Source: Geosiphon pyriformis uo1 (lineage: Eukaryota; Fungi; Glomeromycota). From it: DNA of 64,000 bases. Below the pieces are notes generated by a model, which saw nothing but the letters and a program-made list of their open reading frames with translations, did no database searches and was not told the origin of the DNA. The position numbers were made by a program, and so were the translations under genes. Each line of letters opens with the position of its first letter. Position 1 is the first letter of the stretch. The stretch covers positions 186,001 through 250,000 of the forward strand of contig JAAOMT010000630.1 in NCBI GenBank assembly GCA_016748015.1. The letters are read 5' to 3'. This document shows positions 27,576 through 40,491 of the stretch, piece after piece.

Positions 27576-30500
27576 TTTAGAAATAATACAGTAACAACTA
27601 AATTAAAGTAGTAATTATATTAAACATAACAATTTTAGAATACTATCAGTTAATTTACATCTATTATAAACAATAATTTGAAATTTAAAATGGAATTACA
27701 GCCTTTAAAAAACACTTTTTTAATATATTGAAAATTTAATCAATAATTATTTCTTTAAAGATTACAATATTACAAAATTTAAGCAAAACTTTTTTAAAAA
27801 CCTAATTTACTATTCAAATAGAAATTCAAAAAACATTAATGCTGATAATTATGCTATTTATTTTGAAGAACTTGATTATAATATTATTATGTTTTGTAAA
27901 AAAAAATATTTTATCAACTCACAATTTGTTTTTAAACTTGAGTCTGAATTCAAAACAAATAATAAAAACAAAAAAAAGCACTTAATTAGTTCATACAACT
28001 TTTAATATACTAAAAACAATTTTTTAATACTTGTAAATATCTAAACAAGAAACCAATTCTAAATTACTACTTTTAATTATATCTTTTTAAGCTTTGTTTA
28101 CTTAAGCACAAATATTAAATTTACCACTTAATTAATTTTTAAAACCAGAAAACTTTATCAAAAATTTAATTCAACAGCCAAAACTAATTTATATTAGCAT
28201 TAATTTTCTTGATTTTTTAGCAAAAACCAAAACAAACATTTAAAAACACTAGCCAATAAAGAAAATACTTCTGAACTTATTGAAAAAGAGAAAGAAAAAA
28301 ATAAGAAAACAGAAACTACTAATTATAAAGAAGACAAAAAAATGGAAATCATTTACATTGTAAAGATTTTTGACTTTTATAAAGAAGATATTGAAACTAG
28401 CCTTTAAAAATAATTTGACCAAGTTATCAAAGCAGGAAACATTAATAAATAAACTACAGAAAAAATTTCATGACCAATTTTTTATTTTTTTAAAAGAATT
28501 ACAAGTAAATGGATTGAAAATTTGGTCATTTTTTTTAAAGATTAGCAAATTTTCAAAACTGTTTTTCTTAAATAGTTTATTAACAATAATACTTTAATTA
28601 CTTTTCAGAACTGTTTTTGAAACATTAAATAAGAATTATCTAAATTTGTTATAACTTATATTAAGAAGTTTAAAAAACTTTTTAGAAAAATTTACCAACT
28701 GAAAACTAATGTTTATTATTTTAATGTTAAGTTTTAAATCAATTTATTATTAAACTTAAAAACAAATTTATCAAAAAAGTTTAATTACATGTTTTAAAAA
28801 ATTTAGTTATTGTTATTTAGTATATTAAAACTATGAAATAGCAATAAAAAAAGCCAATTATACCAAATTTGTTAACTTGACAATTGGAAAAACCAGTTTA
28901 ATAGCTAAAAAAAAAATTAATTAACTTACCAAAAAAGTTAAAACACACTTTATTAATCAACAACAAAAATATTTATCATTTTAACAACAAAACCAAGTAA
29001 ATTTCTTATTATTTAACAACTTATTTTAACAACCAAACTGTTATTATTGTAAAATTCTTAAACATTAAAAACATAATTACCGAAAAATGCCAAAAAATTA
29101 ACAATAACAGAATAATCAATATTATTTTTCATAATAACAGCAATTTTACAATTTTTAATTATTTACTTACTACTTATTAAAATTTTAGTCCACTTATTAT
29201 CAATTTGCTCTATATCAACTACAACAATACTATTAACTATCTTTAGTTTAAAGTTATTAATTACCAATAAAATGATTGATTTAATTTAACCAATTTATAT
29301 CACAAAATTATTTTCAGTTAAACAACAACAGATTTGGTTTTAATAATTAATTAGTACTTTATAATAACAATCAACAACCATTCAAACACTTTTATATTTA
29401 ACTTAATTATCTTAAAATATTAAAAAACCAGAATTTTTATCATACTGTATTCTTAAAAAATAAAATTACAACACAATAACAAAACTCTTCCCATAATAAT
29501 ATTACAATTCCACCAACAAAAATTGCTAAAAATGCCAATATTTTAGACATATTTTATTCAAATTTAAAGCCAATAAATCACTTTTTTTGCACAGCAATAC
29601 AGTAATTTTAAAACAAAAAGCTATTATAGTAATATACACTAAAGTTAAAATAGAAAAAAAATGATTTAATTAATCTTAAATAGTAAATTAGCTAAAAACA
29701 TTATTACTTATTAGCTGATATAACAACTCAAAAAAATTATAAACTGATCTATTTAAACTGTAATTGTTATTGCTAATGATATAAAAAAACATTAGTAAAA
29801 AAAATTAATAATTTCTTCTTTATAATTGATAAAATTACTATTTTAATCAGTTTAATTAGATTAAAAATACTAAACAGTTATTCAAAACATTTACATTACA
29901 ACTTATATTATTATGGTTTAAAAAAATTAGCCAACAATTTACTTTTACAAATAAACTAGTTAACAGTTAGTATGTTTTATACTTAAAATTAAAACCAAAG
30001 AAACAACCATCCTATATTTTATTTAAATACAAAAATTATAATAAAAAGCTTTTATTTATAAGAGCTTACATATTATCAAAGAAAAAATACAAAACTTGTA
30101 CTTGTTATTACTGCAAAATTTGCTACTGAAAATAATTTAGCAGTCCAAAATAAAGTGAAAAATAAGACAACATATTCTGTTTTATATATAAAAAATTACT
30201 GTTTAAAAAATACAACTGAATTAATATTACAATAAAAAAAAGAGTATGCAATTAAATCTGTTAATATATTCTTTTTATCCCTAAAAAATAAAACATAAAA
30301 CATTATTTACAGTAATATATAATAGTGTATTCAATAAACTCTATTACTATTTACATAATATTAAAATAATTTATAAACTAATAATAGTTTTAATTAATAG
30401 AGGATCTTAAAAAAAAGTTTACCAAATAAAAAAGACAGAATATATTAAATACATTATAGAATTAGCCGAATTTAATTATGAAAATAAAGTAAAACTTTAC

Positions 30501-30734
30501 TATCTGACTTTTAATTATGCTTATTTCTTAAAGAAAATTTAAATTTAACAACTAAAACAAATAAATATTTAGCTTTATAAAAAATATATTATGCTTTATA
30601 ATAATATATAGTGTTCTAAATGTTATGCTTTCAACATACTATTACTCATTACAAATAATCAAAAAAAAATTAAATTTGAAGAAATTAAAAAAAAACCTTA
30701 ACAATTTCAATTTACTTTACCAAAAATTAACTCA

Positions 30735-31165
30735 CTTTATTTCTTAAATACTTTAACAACAATAAACAAAGAATCAAATTAAAAAAAGTCTATAAAATTA
30801 ATACTGAATATGATCTACAATATCCAGAAAAAATACTTTAATATTATATTCCAAGTTTTTAATTAAAATCAATTTCAAAATTGCTTTTAAAATTCTACCA
30901 GAAGCAATAATACAAATTGCTTCCTAATCATTATTTGTAAGCAAAAAAATTAATGTTAGAGAAAAAATCATTACTGCAAAATATATTAAAAATATTATAA
31001 TAATATTTCAAAATAAAACCAAAAATTTTTTTATAATTAAACATGCTAAAAAATTGTTCAAGCTATTTATTTATTTTTAATTAATATTTTGGGTCTGAAA
31101 TTAGTCAAAAATTAAGAAAAACTTAGCAAAAGTAAAAAAAAACTCAAGATTTTAAATCAATTAAA
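30735..31165 (+). pseudogene. Decayed dUTPase domain of the family B element (plus-strand copy)
   Basis: Relic translation KYFNNN...EYDLQYP...IKINFKIAFKILPEAIIQIAS*SL...IVQAIYL matches the intact RYFDNG...GFDLRY...TKIDLKIAVEIPPGIMVQMESRSSL...IAQAIFL. Confidence 0.75.
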
Positions 31166-31200
31166 TAATTTACAATTTTAGTAAATATAACTTTTAACAT

Positions 31201-31851
31201 TATTACAAGTAATTATTTGGGATGTTGAAACAAATAACAAACTTGTAACTTGATGCTTAATAGCTGGTAATATTGGTAATTTTTAAAGGTTTTGAAGTTT
31301 GAAGATTTTGGTTAAGTCTTTTGTATAATGAACAGAAATTTAATTAATGGTTTCTTCTGTGAATTTTTTTCTTCAGCATACACTTGAAATTCCCTCAACA
31401 CAACTAATGTTTTTGAAATTGATTAGCTACCAATTTCAGTAATCTGTTAGTGACTCCAGGCCTGGATAGAAAACATTTCTCTTGATAAAATTCTATTTCT
31501 TTTACATTTTTTTTTTTTTTTTTTTATTTTTTTATCATAATTATTAGGGTAGTCTACAGACAAGATTCCTGTAGAAGAGTTGACTTTTACAGCAAAGTAA
31601 CTACACATTTTTTAGTAAGCTTCCAGACAAGCAATTCCTGGGAAAGAGTTAACATTTACTACAATGTAACTACATAAAGTAACTAGCAAGGAATTGGCCA
31701 TTCCACTTATAAGCCCAGCAGTTCAAATTATAGAAAATAATTTGAAGATAAATTCAGTTACTGGAGGTTCAACTACTTTCTGAAAACATAAATTCACGGC
31801 AAATCAGCATTAACAACATTCAAGAAAAGAGACCAAAAACCTCCAGTAATA
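31201..31851. repeat. Composite LTR fragment: family C terminus (31201 to ~31380) joined to the 3' half of a family B LTR
   Basis: The first part matches 39671 onward. The remainder matches the reverse complement of 6104 to ~6590. Confidence 0.7.
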
Positions 31852-31855
31852 TCAG

Positions 31856-32150
31856 CAATGTTCTTTTTCAAGGTAGGTCAATAATAGTGAGCTAAAGTTT
31901 TCTGAATTGTTTTTATTTTTCCAAAGTGTTTAGCTAATGGGTCAGTATACATATTATATATTACAATTTCTCTTTCTTCAAATTTGATAACTCTTTGGGG
32001 GTGGTCAGGATCTTTTCTGTTTCTTTTGTATAATTGGTTCTGGCAAATCAAATACAAATGTTCTTTTTGCTGTCAAGTGTATTCTGGTGGGTATTGTCCT
32101 TTACCCAAAAATTTCATTAAGGCAGAATAGTTGTCCAAGTCCATTATCAT
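31856..32150 (-). pseudogene. Integrase N-terminal (zinc-binding) part
   Basis: MIMDLDNYSALMKFL...MYTDPLAKHFG...YY*PTL (decayed H-x-GHFG...YYWP). Confidence 0.75.
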
Positions 32151-32208
32151 GTTTGTTTGTAAAAGAGTTATTAATAATTAAGTTGGTTTGGTTTGAGAGG
32201 TTGTACTA

Positions 32209-33585
32209 TCACTGGATGGTAAGTTTAGAGAGAGTGTCAGCATTTTGATGATTTGCTTCTTTATAGTATTGAATATCATAGTCGAATTTATCCAAGTGGA
32301 GTATTTAGCAAGTTATTCATTTGTGTTCCAGCTTTTTTTTATTGTGCAGCCAAATCAAGGCTTGATAATCTGTTATCACTAAGAATTTTGCACCAAGAAA
32401 ATATTGATCCCAGTAGTTAATAGCCCAAACTACTGCTAGATATTCTTGTTCAGTAACTGAATAGTTCTTTTCTGCTGGTGTAAAAGATCTACTGGCATAT
32501 GCTATAGCATGTTCTTTGCCATTTTCATCTTTCTGTAAAAGAACAGCACCAAGTCCATAGTCAGATGTATCAGTGTAGAAAATAAAAGGTTGATCCAAAT
32601 CTGGTTGCTTGAGAATTGGTTCAGTAACAAGTTTTTTCTTTAGAATTTTAAAAGCTTTTTGTTGATAAGTGTTCCAGTGATAATTGACATTTTTCTTGAA
32701 TAGCTGATTAAGAGGAAAGACAATTTTGGAGAAATTCTTGATAAATTTGCGATAGTAAGAGGCCAAACCAAGGAAAAAGTGTAGTTCAAGAATATTCATT
32801 GGTTGTTTAATGTTCTGGACTTTTTTAACTTTAGCTGGGTCAGGGAAGATTCTATCTTTTATAACAAGATGACCAAGTAACTGGGTGGATTGGCATCCAA
32901 AGAAAGATTTGATTGGGTTGATCTTAAGGCCAGCATTTCTAAGCAGATCAAAAACTTTCTGTAAATATTCAAGATGTTCATTCCAGGTTTTTGAGTAAAC
33001 CATTATGTCATCCAAGTAAACCAGAACAAAGTTTTCTTTTACTGATTCAAATACTTTATTCATTAGGCATTGAAAGATAAGAGGAGCATTAGTAAGACCA
33101 AAAGGCATAACTGTGAATTTATAGGTGCCATACTTGGTGATGAAAGCAGTTTTCTTTTTGCTTTCTGAATTCATCTCTACTTGCCAGAATCCAGCAGTTA
33201 AGTCAATGGTTGAGAAGAAAACAGCACTATTGAATTTATCTAGCATTGCATCAATTTTGAGAAGTGGGTACATGTTTCTTATAGTAATGGCATTTAATTG
33301 GCAGTAGTCAACACAGAAGCATAGGATTCTATCTTTCTTAGATACCACTACTATTGGGAAAGTCTATTCACTCTTGGTTTTTTGTATGAATCCAAGATCT
33401 TTCATCCGGTTTATCTCTTTTTTGATGAACTCATTATTGTGTCTATTGGATTGATAAAACTTCAAATAAATGGAATGAGTTTCTTTTGTGGTGATAGTGT
33501 GTTGTATCACATGGGTTTGTCCAAGGGTATTACTTTCTTTTGAGATAACTGGGCTATTCCTAGCCAACAGATTTTCAATGTCCAC
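32209..33585 (-). pseudogene. Ty3/gypsy reverse transcriptase and RNase H
   Basis: FCVDYCQLN, IDLTAGFWQ, MPFGLTNAP, YLDD, YTDTSDYGLGAVL, IAYASR, ITDYQAL, NADTLSK. Confidence 0.95.
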
Positions 33586-34083
33586 TTTTTTTTCTTTAGG
33601 TGAAAGTTTTCTTTGTTCTACAACTAATGATTGGATTTCAGGTGGTTTATTCTCAAAGGACTTTTGTATTTCTTTAAGTTCTTCTCAAAGTATTAAGTTA
33701 ATTGGTTTCCAATTTTTGTAATAGATCAGGCAAGATTTACATTCATCACTTGGTGAATACAAAGGTTTATTACACCAGCACTATGCACAAAGACCATGCC
33801 ACCAATAACTGTATTTGGCTTTCTTGTTAAGTTTTCTGTTAAAGGTTCTTCTGAGAATATCATAGTAGGGCCAGCAGATCATCTTGTCATTCACCATGAT
33901 TTCTTTTTTGTCAGCTTTAACATTGTCCAGTGGCTTGTCATTACTGATAAAAATAGTGTAGGTGAGTTTAGCAGTTTCTTCTTGTTTTTCTTGATCTTCA
34001 TTATTATTGCTCTCATCATAATCTGATTCATCTGATTGTTCTTCTTTTTGGTTCTGTTGGATTACTGAAGAAGTTGTTCAATG

Positions 34084-34806
34084 TTAACATTTAACCACAA
34101 TGGGTTTCTCACTACATCTTATGGTTAGCTTGCAAAGTTCATAGTCAAGTAGTGCTTTGGTTTTCTTAAGCCATTTATTACCAACAATGATGGTGTACTC
34201 TTTTGCTTTAGATACTTCCATATCAGTTTCAATGCTAATACTATTAATGCAGACAAAAATAGCTTTGGCTATGTCCAGACTTTTTTTCTTGTTACCATGT
34301 ATATTGGTTATTGGTCTTGTGAAAGGCTTATCAATCTTTCTGCCAATTGCTTCAAAAAAATGTTTGGCAATTACACTAACAAATGATCTACTGTCTAGGA
34401 TCAGATCAATAAAGTAACTAGCCACTTGGGCTTTACAAATCAGAAGGGTAATATTGCTGTTATCAGCAAGTCCAGCTTGGTGAGAGTGTTTGTTGGTCTT
34501 TGGTGTCTTTTTTTTTGAAATCAATAATTTATGAAGATTTTTTCTAAACTGTGGATGGGTTATTAGTTGGCCAAATGTAATGTGTGCTAGGGTTTTTATG
34601 AGATTTTTAACAACAGAATAGGATCCAGATTTTTGTACTATTTTTGGGGGTTCCAACTTTGGAAAATTCTTGAAAACTTTGGTTTTTGGTGGCTCATTGT
34701 TATTAAAAGATGATTTGAATGTTTTGTTTGGGTCCAAAACAAAATCAATCTTGGCTTTCTTCTTCTTTCTGGTTGATTCAGAAATGTTAATTGCTAGTTC
34801 ATCCAT
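34084..34806 (-). pseudogene. Gag-pol linker and retropepsin protease
   Basis: LILDSRS (decayed DSG) and IIVGNKWL. Confidence 0.8.
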
Positions 34807-34889
34807 ATTATGGTCATTATCAGTTAGATTAAAAGCATAAAAGAGGTTTTCTTCTAGTTGGCTTGTACTCTCACCTTTTGGAGGTGCAC

Positions 34890-36443
34890 CTACCAGTTTA
34901 AAGGCTGATAAACAGTAGCTTTAACTAAGGGATCTTCTCTAAAGAAATTGATGTTGGCATGATTGGGTCTTTGATTGAGAACATTATTATTGTTGGATTT
35001 GTTATTCTGGGTGTTATTATTTCTGGAAGCTAGAAAAGGCAATGGAGAATTGTTATAGTCTCTGGAAAAGTGTCCAGTTAGTCCACAGTGATAGCACACA
35101 GGTGGGCCATAATTTTGTTGTCTTTGATATAGTGGTTGCTGGGTCTAATTGAAGCGGAGTTCAAATCTGAGTCTTTGGGGTTGCTGGTTGTCTCTGACTA
35201 CTTGGGTTAATAGTTCTAATAGCCAGGCAAGATTAGCTGTGAGTCTATCTATTAACTGTTTATTTGGGTCTTGAGTTTGGGCAGCAAAAGAAGTAGCAGC
35301 CATTTGAAGAGCAGAAGCCATAACAGGAGTAAGAGCAAAAACTAGAAGTGTGAATTCTAGGTGCATCCTTTGATTGTCTTCTATTCTCTGAGCAAGTTCA
35401 ATGGCCATATCCATTGTGGGATTATCTTTTAAGGCCAGGAGGAGCCAAAGAGCATATAATAGATCAGTTCTCAGTTCTTTTGTGAAAGAATGTATTTTCT
35501 GCTCTTCTGTCCAATTTTTTTTAGAGTCTATCTGTTTAATAAGTTTTCTTATTGCTTTGGCATATTCTGTCACAACTTCACCAGGGCCTTGAGTTCTTTT
35601 TTCTAATTCCATATGCCATTTTGAAATTAAGATGGGAGTTCTAAATTTCATTTCAAATTGGGTAGTAAAAGAGGTGTTGTTTTCTCTAATATTTGTTGGT
35701 GCCCATTTAATGATTCTTTGTTAAGCATTAGCATTGGTTTCTTGTAAGAACCAAGTAGCAGGAGAGCCTTGGAGATAGCCACCAACAATTTGGAACTTGT
35801 ATTTATTATTATATTGGTTTGTTGTAACAGCTCTCTCAAAATCATTCAGCCATTCGATTGGATCTTGGGCATTACCTCTGAATAATAGTAATGGGGTGTT
35901 GTTTCTTCGTCTTAAAGCAGTCTGTATACCTTAGAGGGTGATCAGAATGTTTTGTTGCAGAGGGTCTTAAGCCATTGGTTCAGGTGTAACTGTTTGTGTA
36001 GAGTGTTCTGATTCACTTGAAAAGAGATCAAAAACAGGAATGGTTTGATAGCTTTCTTCTTCTGTTTTAAGAGAAGTTTCTGTTGATTGATAGGCAGCAA
36101 TCCAAATGTGGATTTGATGATTCAGATATTCGAAATTAGGGGGCTGTTGTTCAAAGGTTGTAGAATATAAGAGCTGATTGATACTGTTGTTTCTTTCTTT
36201 AAAGTCATCTTCAAAATAAGCTTGGTCAAAGTAATAAGTTGTATAAACTGTGTAGGTTTTAGCTGAATGCTTGTTCAAAAACCAGTTCCAAAAGTCTTGG
36301 AATTGTCTGCTGGATTGTTTTTCAATAGGAAAGCAAATCAAGCAAGAGGGCAAAGGATTGAGTTTAATAAAGTCTAAATCGTTTTTGTTGTGTGCTTCAA
36401 AGTGTTCTTCTAATTGTTGTGGCAGATATGAATAATCACCCAT
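34890..36443 (-). pseudogene. Retrotransposon Gag with CCHC knuckle
   Basis: QGPGEVVTEYAKAIRKL (MHR-like) and CYHCGLTGHFSRDY. Confidence 0.85.
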
Positions 36444-36477
36444 ACAATAGGAAACAAAGTAGAATTTGACAATCTTA

Positions 36478-36489
36478 CAGGAAGCACCA
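36478..36489 (-). promoter_or_regulatory. Primer binding site TGGTGCTTCCTG
   Basis: Lies 6 nt downstream of the 5' LTR on the minus strand and is complementary to a tRNA ending -GGAAGCACCA. Confidence 0.65.
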
Positions 36490-36495
36490 CTTTTA

Positions 36496-37237
36496 TGTTA
36501 CAGATTGGAGTAACAAGCTAACGGATAGCAAGGGAGAACAAGATTGTAGGGTGATGGAAATAATCAAAAAGGAATTCAACTTCAAAGAGTGAATTGAATA
36601 AGTAGGAATTCAATATGCAAGATTAGTCTCATAAAATATCTCAGTCACTATACTTTTCAAAAAGATAATTGGAGAATCTGAAGGTAGAGGGATAGTCTGT
36701 ACTGTCAACAATTGATCATGCCTGGTATAATTCTATGTCTCACATTGGCACTCTTAGAATTCAATATCAGGTATCAAATATACTCTTCAGTCATATTTTA
36801 TTCAATAGTCTTCAAATGCTGCAATTACACATTTTAGGAAAAAGATAAGTAAATGCCAACAAGTAATCTTTTATGTTTAAGATGTTTAGATACTTGAAGA
36901 TAAGAAAAGAGAAATTAGTGATAAGAAAATAATTAAGATGAAAGTTGTTATTTTATTTATTTATTTTTTTTGATTCTTATATGCTTTTCTACAGCTATGA
37001 AATTCATTGCTTATATAGTTGTCAAAAGTAGTCAATGATTAGGTCAATGACTAGGTCAATAATCAGATCAATGGTTAGGTCAATAATCAGGTCATTGATC
37101 AGGTTAATAATTAGGTCAACAGTCAGGTCATTGATCAGGTCAATGATCACTATCTAAAAATAGTGTGGCTAATTTATATGACATCAGTGACTAATACATA
37201 TGATAATTAATAAAAAGTATAAGTTTCAACTGTAACA
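36496..37237 (-). repeat. 5' LTR, family A
   Basis: TGTTACAG...CTGTAACA termini. Matches 2600-3315. Confidence 0.92.
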
Positions 37238-38418
37238 CTATCTTAATCTACTTTTTACTATCAATACTTTATGTTAATAGCTGTTGATACTTAACTATGC
37301 TAAAACAATAGTTCTTGATTATGGTTATTGATAGAATATTAATATTTATTGCCTTGGCTTATTTTTTATTTTTTTTTATTTTATTTTGAGATTTTTTGTT
37401 GTTTTCTAATTGATTAAAGAATTGAGTGCTAAGTTATTAATGTCAAGAATAGCTTAGTAAAAAACCCAAATAGAAGAGTACAGAGTGAAAATTGGATAGT
37501 TTACCAAAAGAACACAACTATTAAAATAAACTGGCCATCAAGTTAAAAAAAAAAAATTGGGAAACTTATTACAAAAGAATTGCACATTTTGAACTTTTGT
37601 TTATTATACAAAGAACTCAACCAAAACTTTCAAATACAAAACCTTTAGATAATCATCAACCATATTAGTTATTGAGCACCAAGTTATAGGTTTGTTATTT
37701 GATTTGAGACTCCAAATAATCATCTGTAACAACACAAAGTAACTGGCACAAAATTGACCATTCTACTTATAAGCTTAGCAGTTCAAATTATAAGAGATAA
37801 TTTGAAGATAAATTCAGTTATTGGAGATTTAACTGCTTTCAAAAAATACAAAATTAGCAACAGATAAACATTAATAATATTTAAAAAAAGAGACCAAAAA
37901 CCTCTGATAATAACAGCTAAAATCTTTGGTTAAGAAACACAGTTAGAAGCAGTTAAAATCTACATCACATATCAATAAATTATTAATTACTATTTGAATC
38001 CATGTTATTATTATTTGATTAATACTTCATGTTAATAGAATCTAATATTTAATCATACTGAAACAATAGCTCTTGATTATGGCTATTAATGGAATACTAA
38101 TTTCTTCTTTTTTTTATTTTTTTATTTTTTTATTTTTATAGTCTGGTAAAAGATTCAGAAATAAGGATATAAAATTTATAACTTAATAGATAACTTACCA
38201 AAAAGATATAACTGTCAAAATAAACCAACCACTGTGTTAAAAAAAAATTTGATAAAATCAATATTCCAGAAAGCTACTGAAAACAACCATTAAATTTTTG
38301 TTTATTATACAAAAAACTTCAACTCAAAACCTTCAGATATTATCAACTATATTACTTATTAAACACCAAGTTATGAGTTTGTTATTTATATCAACACTCT
38401 AAATAATCATTTATAACA
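37238..38418. repeat. Stack of nested LTR remnants: family C end (37238-37731), family B end (37732-37912), family C end (37913-38418)
   Basis: Each piece ends in TAACA/TAATA and matches the solo LTR at 39671-40491 (reverse) or 6104-7085 (reverse). Confidence 0.7.
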
Positions 38419-39670
38419 ACATTTAAGATTGTCTTTTTATTTTATGTTTGGCTTAACACTAATAAAAATAGAGTTTTTGAAAAGCAAATTTGATTTAAAG
38501 TAATGTTAAATCAAAAAATATTTTCAGTTGTTTGTTTAAAGTTAAAAAAAATTATTGCAAATCTAAAATGTTTAAGTTTAAAAGAATTGAAGCAATCACT
38601 ATAAGATATACAATTAAAAAAAAATAGAAAATTTTTGTTCAAATAAAGGCTACATAATTAAAAATATATTAGAAAAGCTCTTTTACAAGATAATACTAAA
38701 TTATTTGACAGTTGATAAAGAGCTGGTTTTGGATCTAATAATATTAAATTTAAAGTTGATACAATTATAGAAAATTGAATCAAGAAGCAAGCAGATTCAA
38801 AATTTTTGTCTAAACATTGAGTTGGTTAATATGTTTTTTAAACTATGTAAATAATAATGTATTTTCAAATGTTATGAATGTCATTGGTCTTGAAAAATTG
38901 AATTAAGTAGTCAAAATTTTGCCAAATAAAAAGATTACTGGTCTTAATAGCATTTTTAATAAGTTGTAAAAACATTGTAGTAATAATATTTTTAAGTGTT
39001 TTTTGAATTTTCTAAACTTATGTTTAATTTTGAATACAGTTTTAACTCTGTAAAGAAGAATATAAGTTTTAATAATATCTAAGTTTTATAAATAGAATAG
39101 GATTCTAATAAACATTCAATTTATTATCCTAATCAAATTAACTAGAAAAATTCTTTCTAAGATTTTATTAAATCAGATTTTGGTTACTTGTAGCAAATTT
39201 AATATTTTTTGTAGAAATAACTTTTTTGTCTTAAAAGATATTTTAATACAGTCTCCAATTTTTGCTGTTGGTTCAATAATTAAGAATGTTTTAAAAAAAA
39301 ACAAAGAGATTTGATTAGTTTTGTAAAACATATACAAAGCATATGATTTTATTAGTTGACACTATTTGAAAACTAGTTTGTAGTATATTAAAATATGTGA
39401 GAGATTTATTAATTTTTTTGACAGTATTTACAAGAATAAAATAAACAAAGTTATAACAGACTTTGGTCTTATAAATAGATATTTTGTACATAATAAACTA
39501 GATTAAAGTGAGATGGTTTTCTTTTTTCTTTAAAAAATTTTCTATAATTCTCTTTTATATAAAATTAAAAAACACAAACATTTGTGTAAATATTGGATTA
39601 ATACCAAATTTGTGGCCAAAATAGACAAAATAAAAACAAAAAAAAGAAAAACTTTCTTTCTTTTAGCCAG

Positions 39671-40491
39671 TATTACAAATAATTATTTGGAATGTTAGAA
39701 TAAATAACAAACTCATAATTTGGTGCTTAATAGCTGCTGATAATATCGATTTCTGAAGGTTTTTATAATTTAAAGAGTTTGGTTGAGTTCTTTGTATAAT
39801 AAACAAAGATTTAATTAATAGTTTTTTCTCAATTTCTGTTTTTAGCATAATAGTCAATTTAGTCTAACAGTTATGTTTTTCTGACAAGCTATTTTTTTTT
39901 CTGAATTTATTATTTTTGTTTTATGGGTTTTTTATTAGACTATTTTTGACATTAATATCTCAGTACTTAATTCCTTAATCAATTTAGTTAACAATAAAAA
40001 ACAAAACAAGATAAAAAAAATAAAAAATTATTATTCTAATAATACTCATAATTAAGAGCTATTGTTTTAATATGCTTAAGTAATAAATATTATCAACATA
40101 AGTTATTGATTAAGTTGAAAAATAATAATGTTAATTCAATAATATAAATAACATGAATTGAATAATAAACAATAATTTTATTTAATATTTAGATAATTCT
40201 ATTTTAAGATATAGAAAACTAACTTTAAAAAAAAAGATATTTAATTACTTGTTAGTTGAAACTTGTTTAAATCTAATTAACTATTTTTTTGTTTTTGATA
40301 CTACTACTATATATACAATTTTTTTATTACATAAGATTTTTTAAAATCTTTTAATTTCTTAAGAGAAATTCTACAATTCTGTAATTTTTTGAGAAAAATT
40401 CTGGAATTCTGGAATTCTTCTTTTTATTATACTGATTTTCTATTGGCTATTTTTTTTACTTATTATGATTCCTATTTTTTTATAAATAACA
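39671..40491. mobile_element. Solo LTR, family C
   Basis: tattaca...ataaca termini. TSD CCAG/CTGG, both derivable from CCGG. Removal restores the LINE RT reading FLA-GIFIDN. Confidence 0.85.

Larger units (their letters stand above)
26513..31200 (+). mobile_element. Second family B Ty3/gypsy copy (5' LTR, PBS, gag, PR, Cys-rich region, dUTPase), truncated at 31200
   Basis: LTR at 26513-27564, then TT+TGGTGCTC. The protease relic LILNSKLAKNII (LILDSG) is near 29670. The internal region is an inverted match to ~22735-26512. Confidence 0.82.
31852..37237 (-). mobile_element. Ty3/gypsy element, family A (5' LTR, PBS, gag, PR, RT, RH, start of INT), truncated in the integrase by an LTR-B
   Basis: Domain order PR-RT-RH-INT, with the LTR at 36496-37237. 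Confidence 0.93.

Noticed and set aside
31197-38422. A single large element bounded by inverted family C termini with an ACAT TSD
   Set aside because: The left flank is gypsy-B internal sequence and the right flank is LINE ORF2, so they do not rejoin. The ACAT match is explained by the shared nYRn preference.
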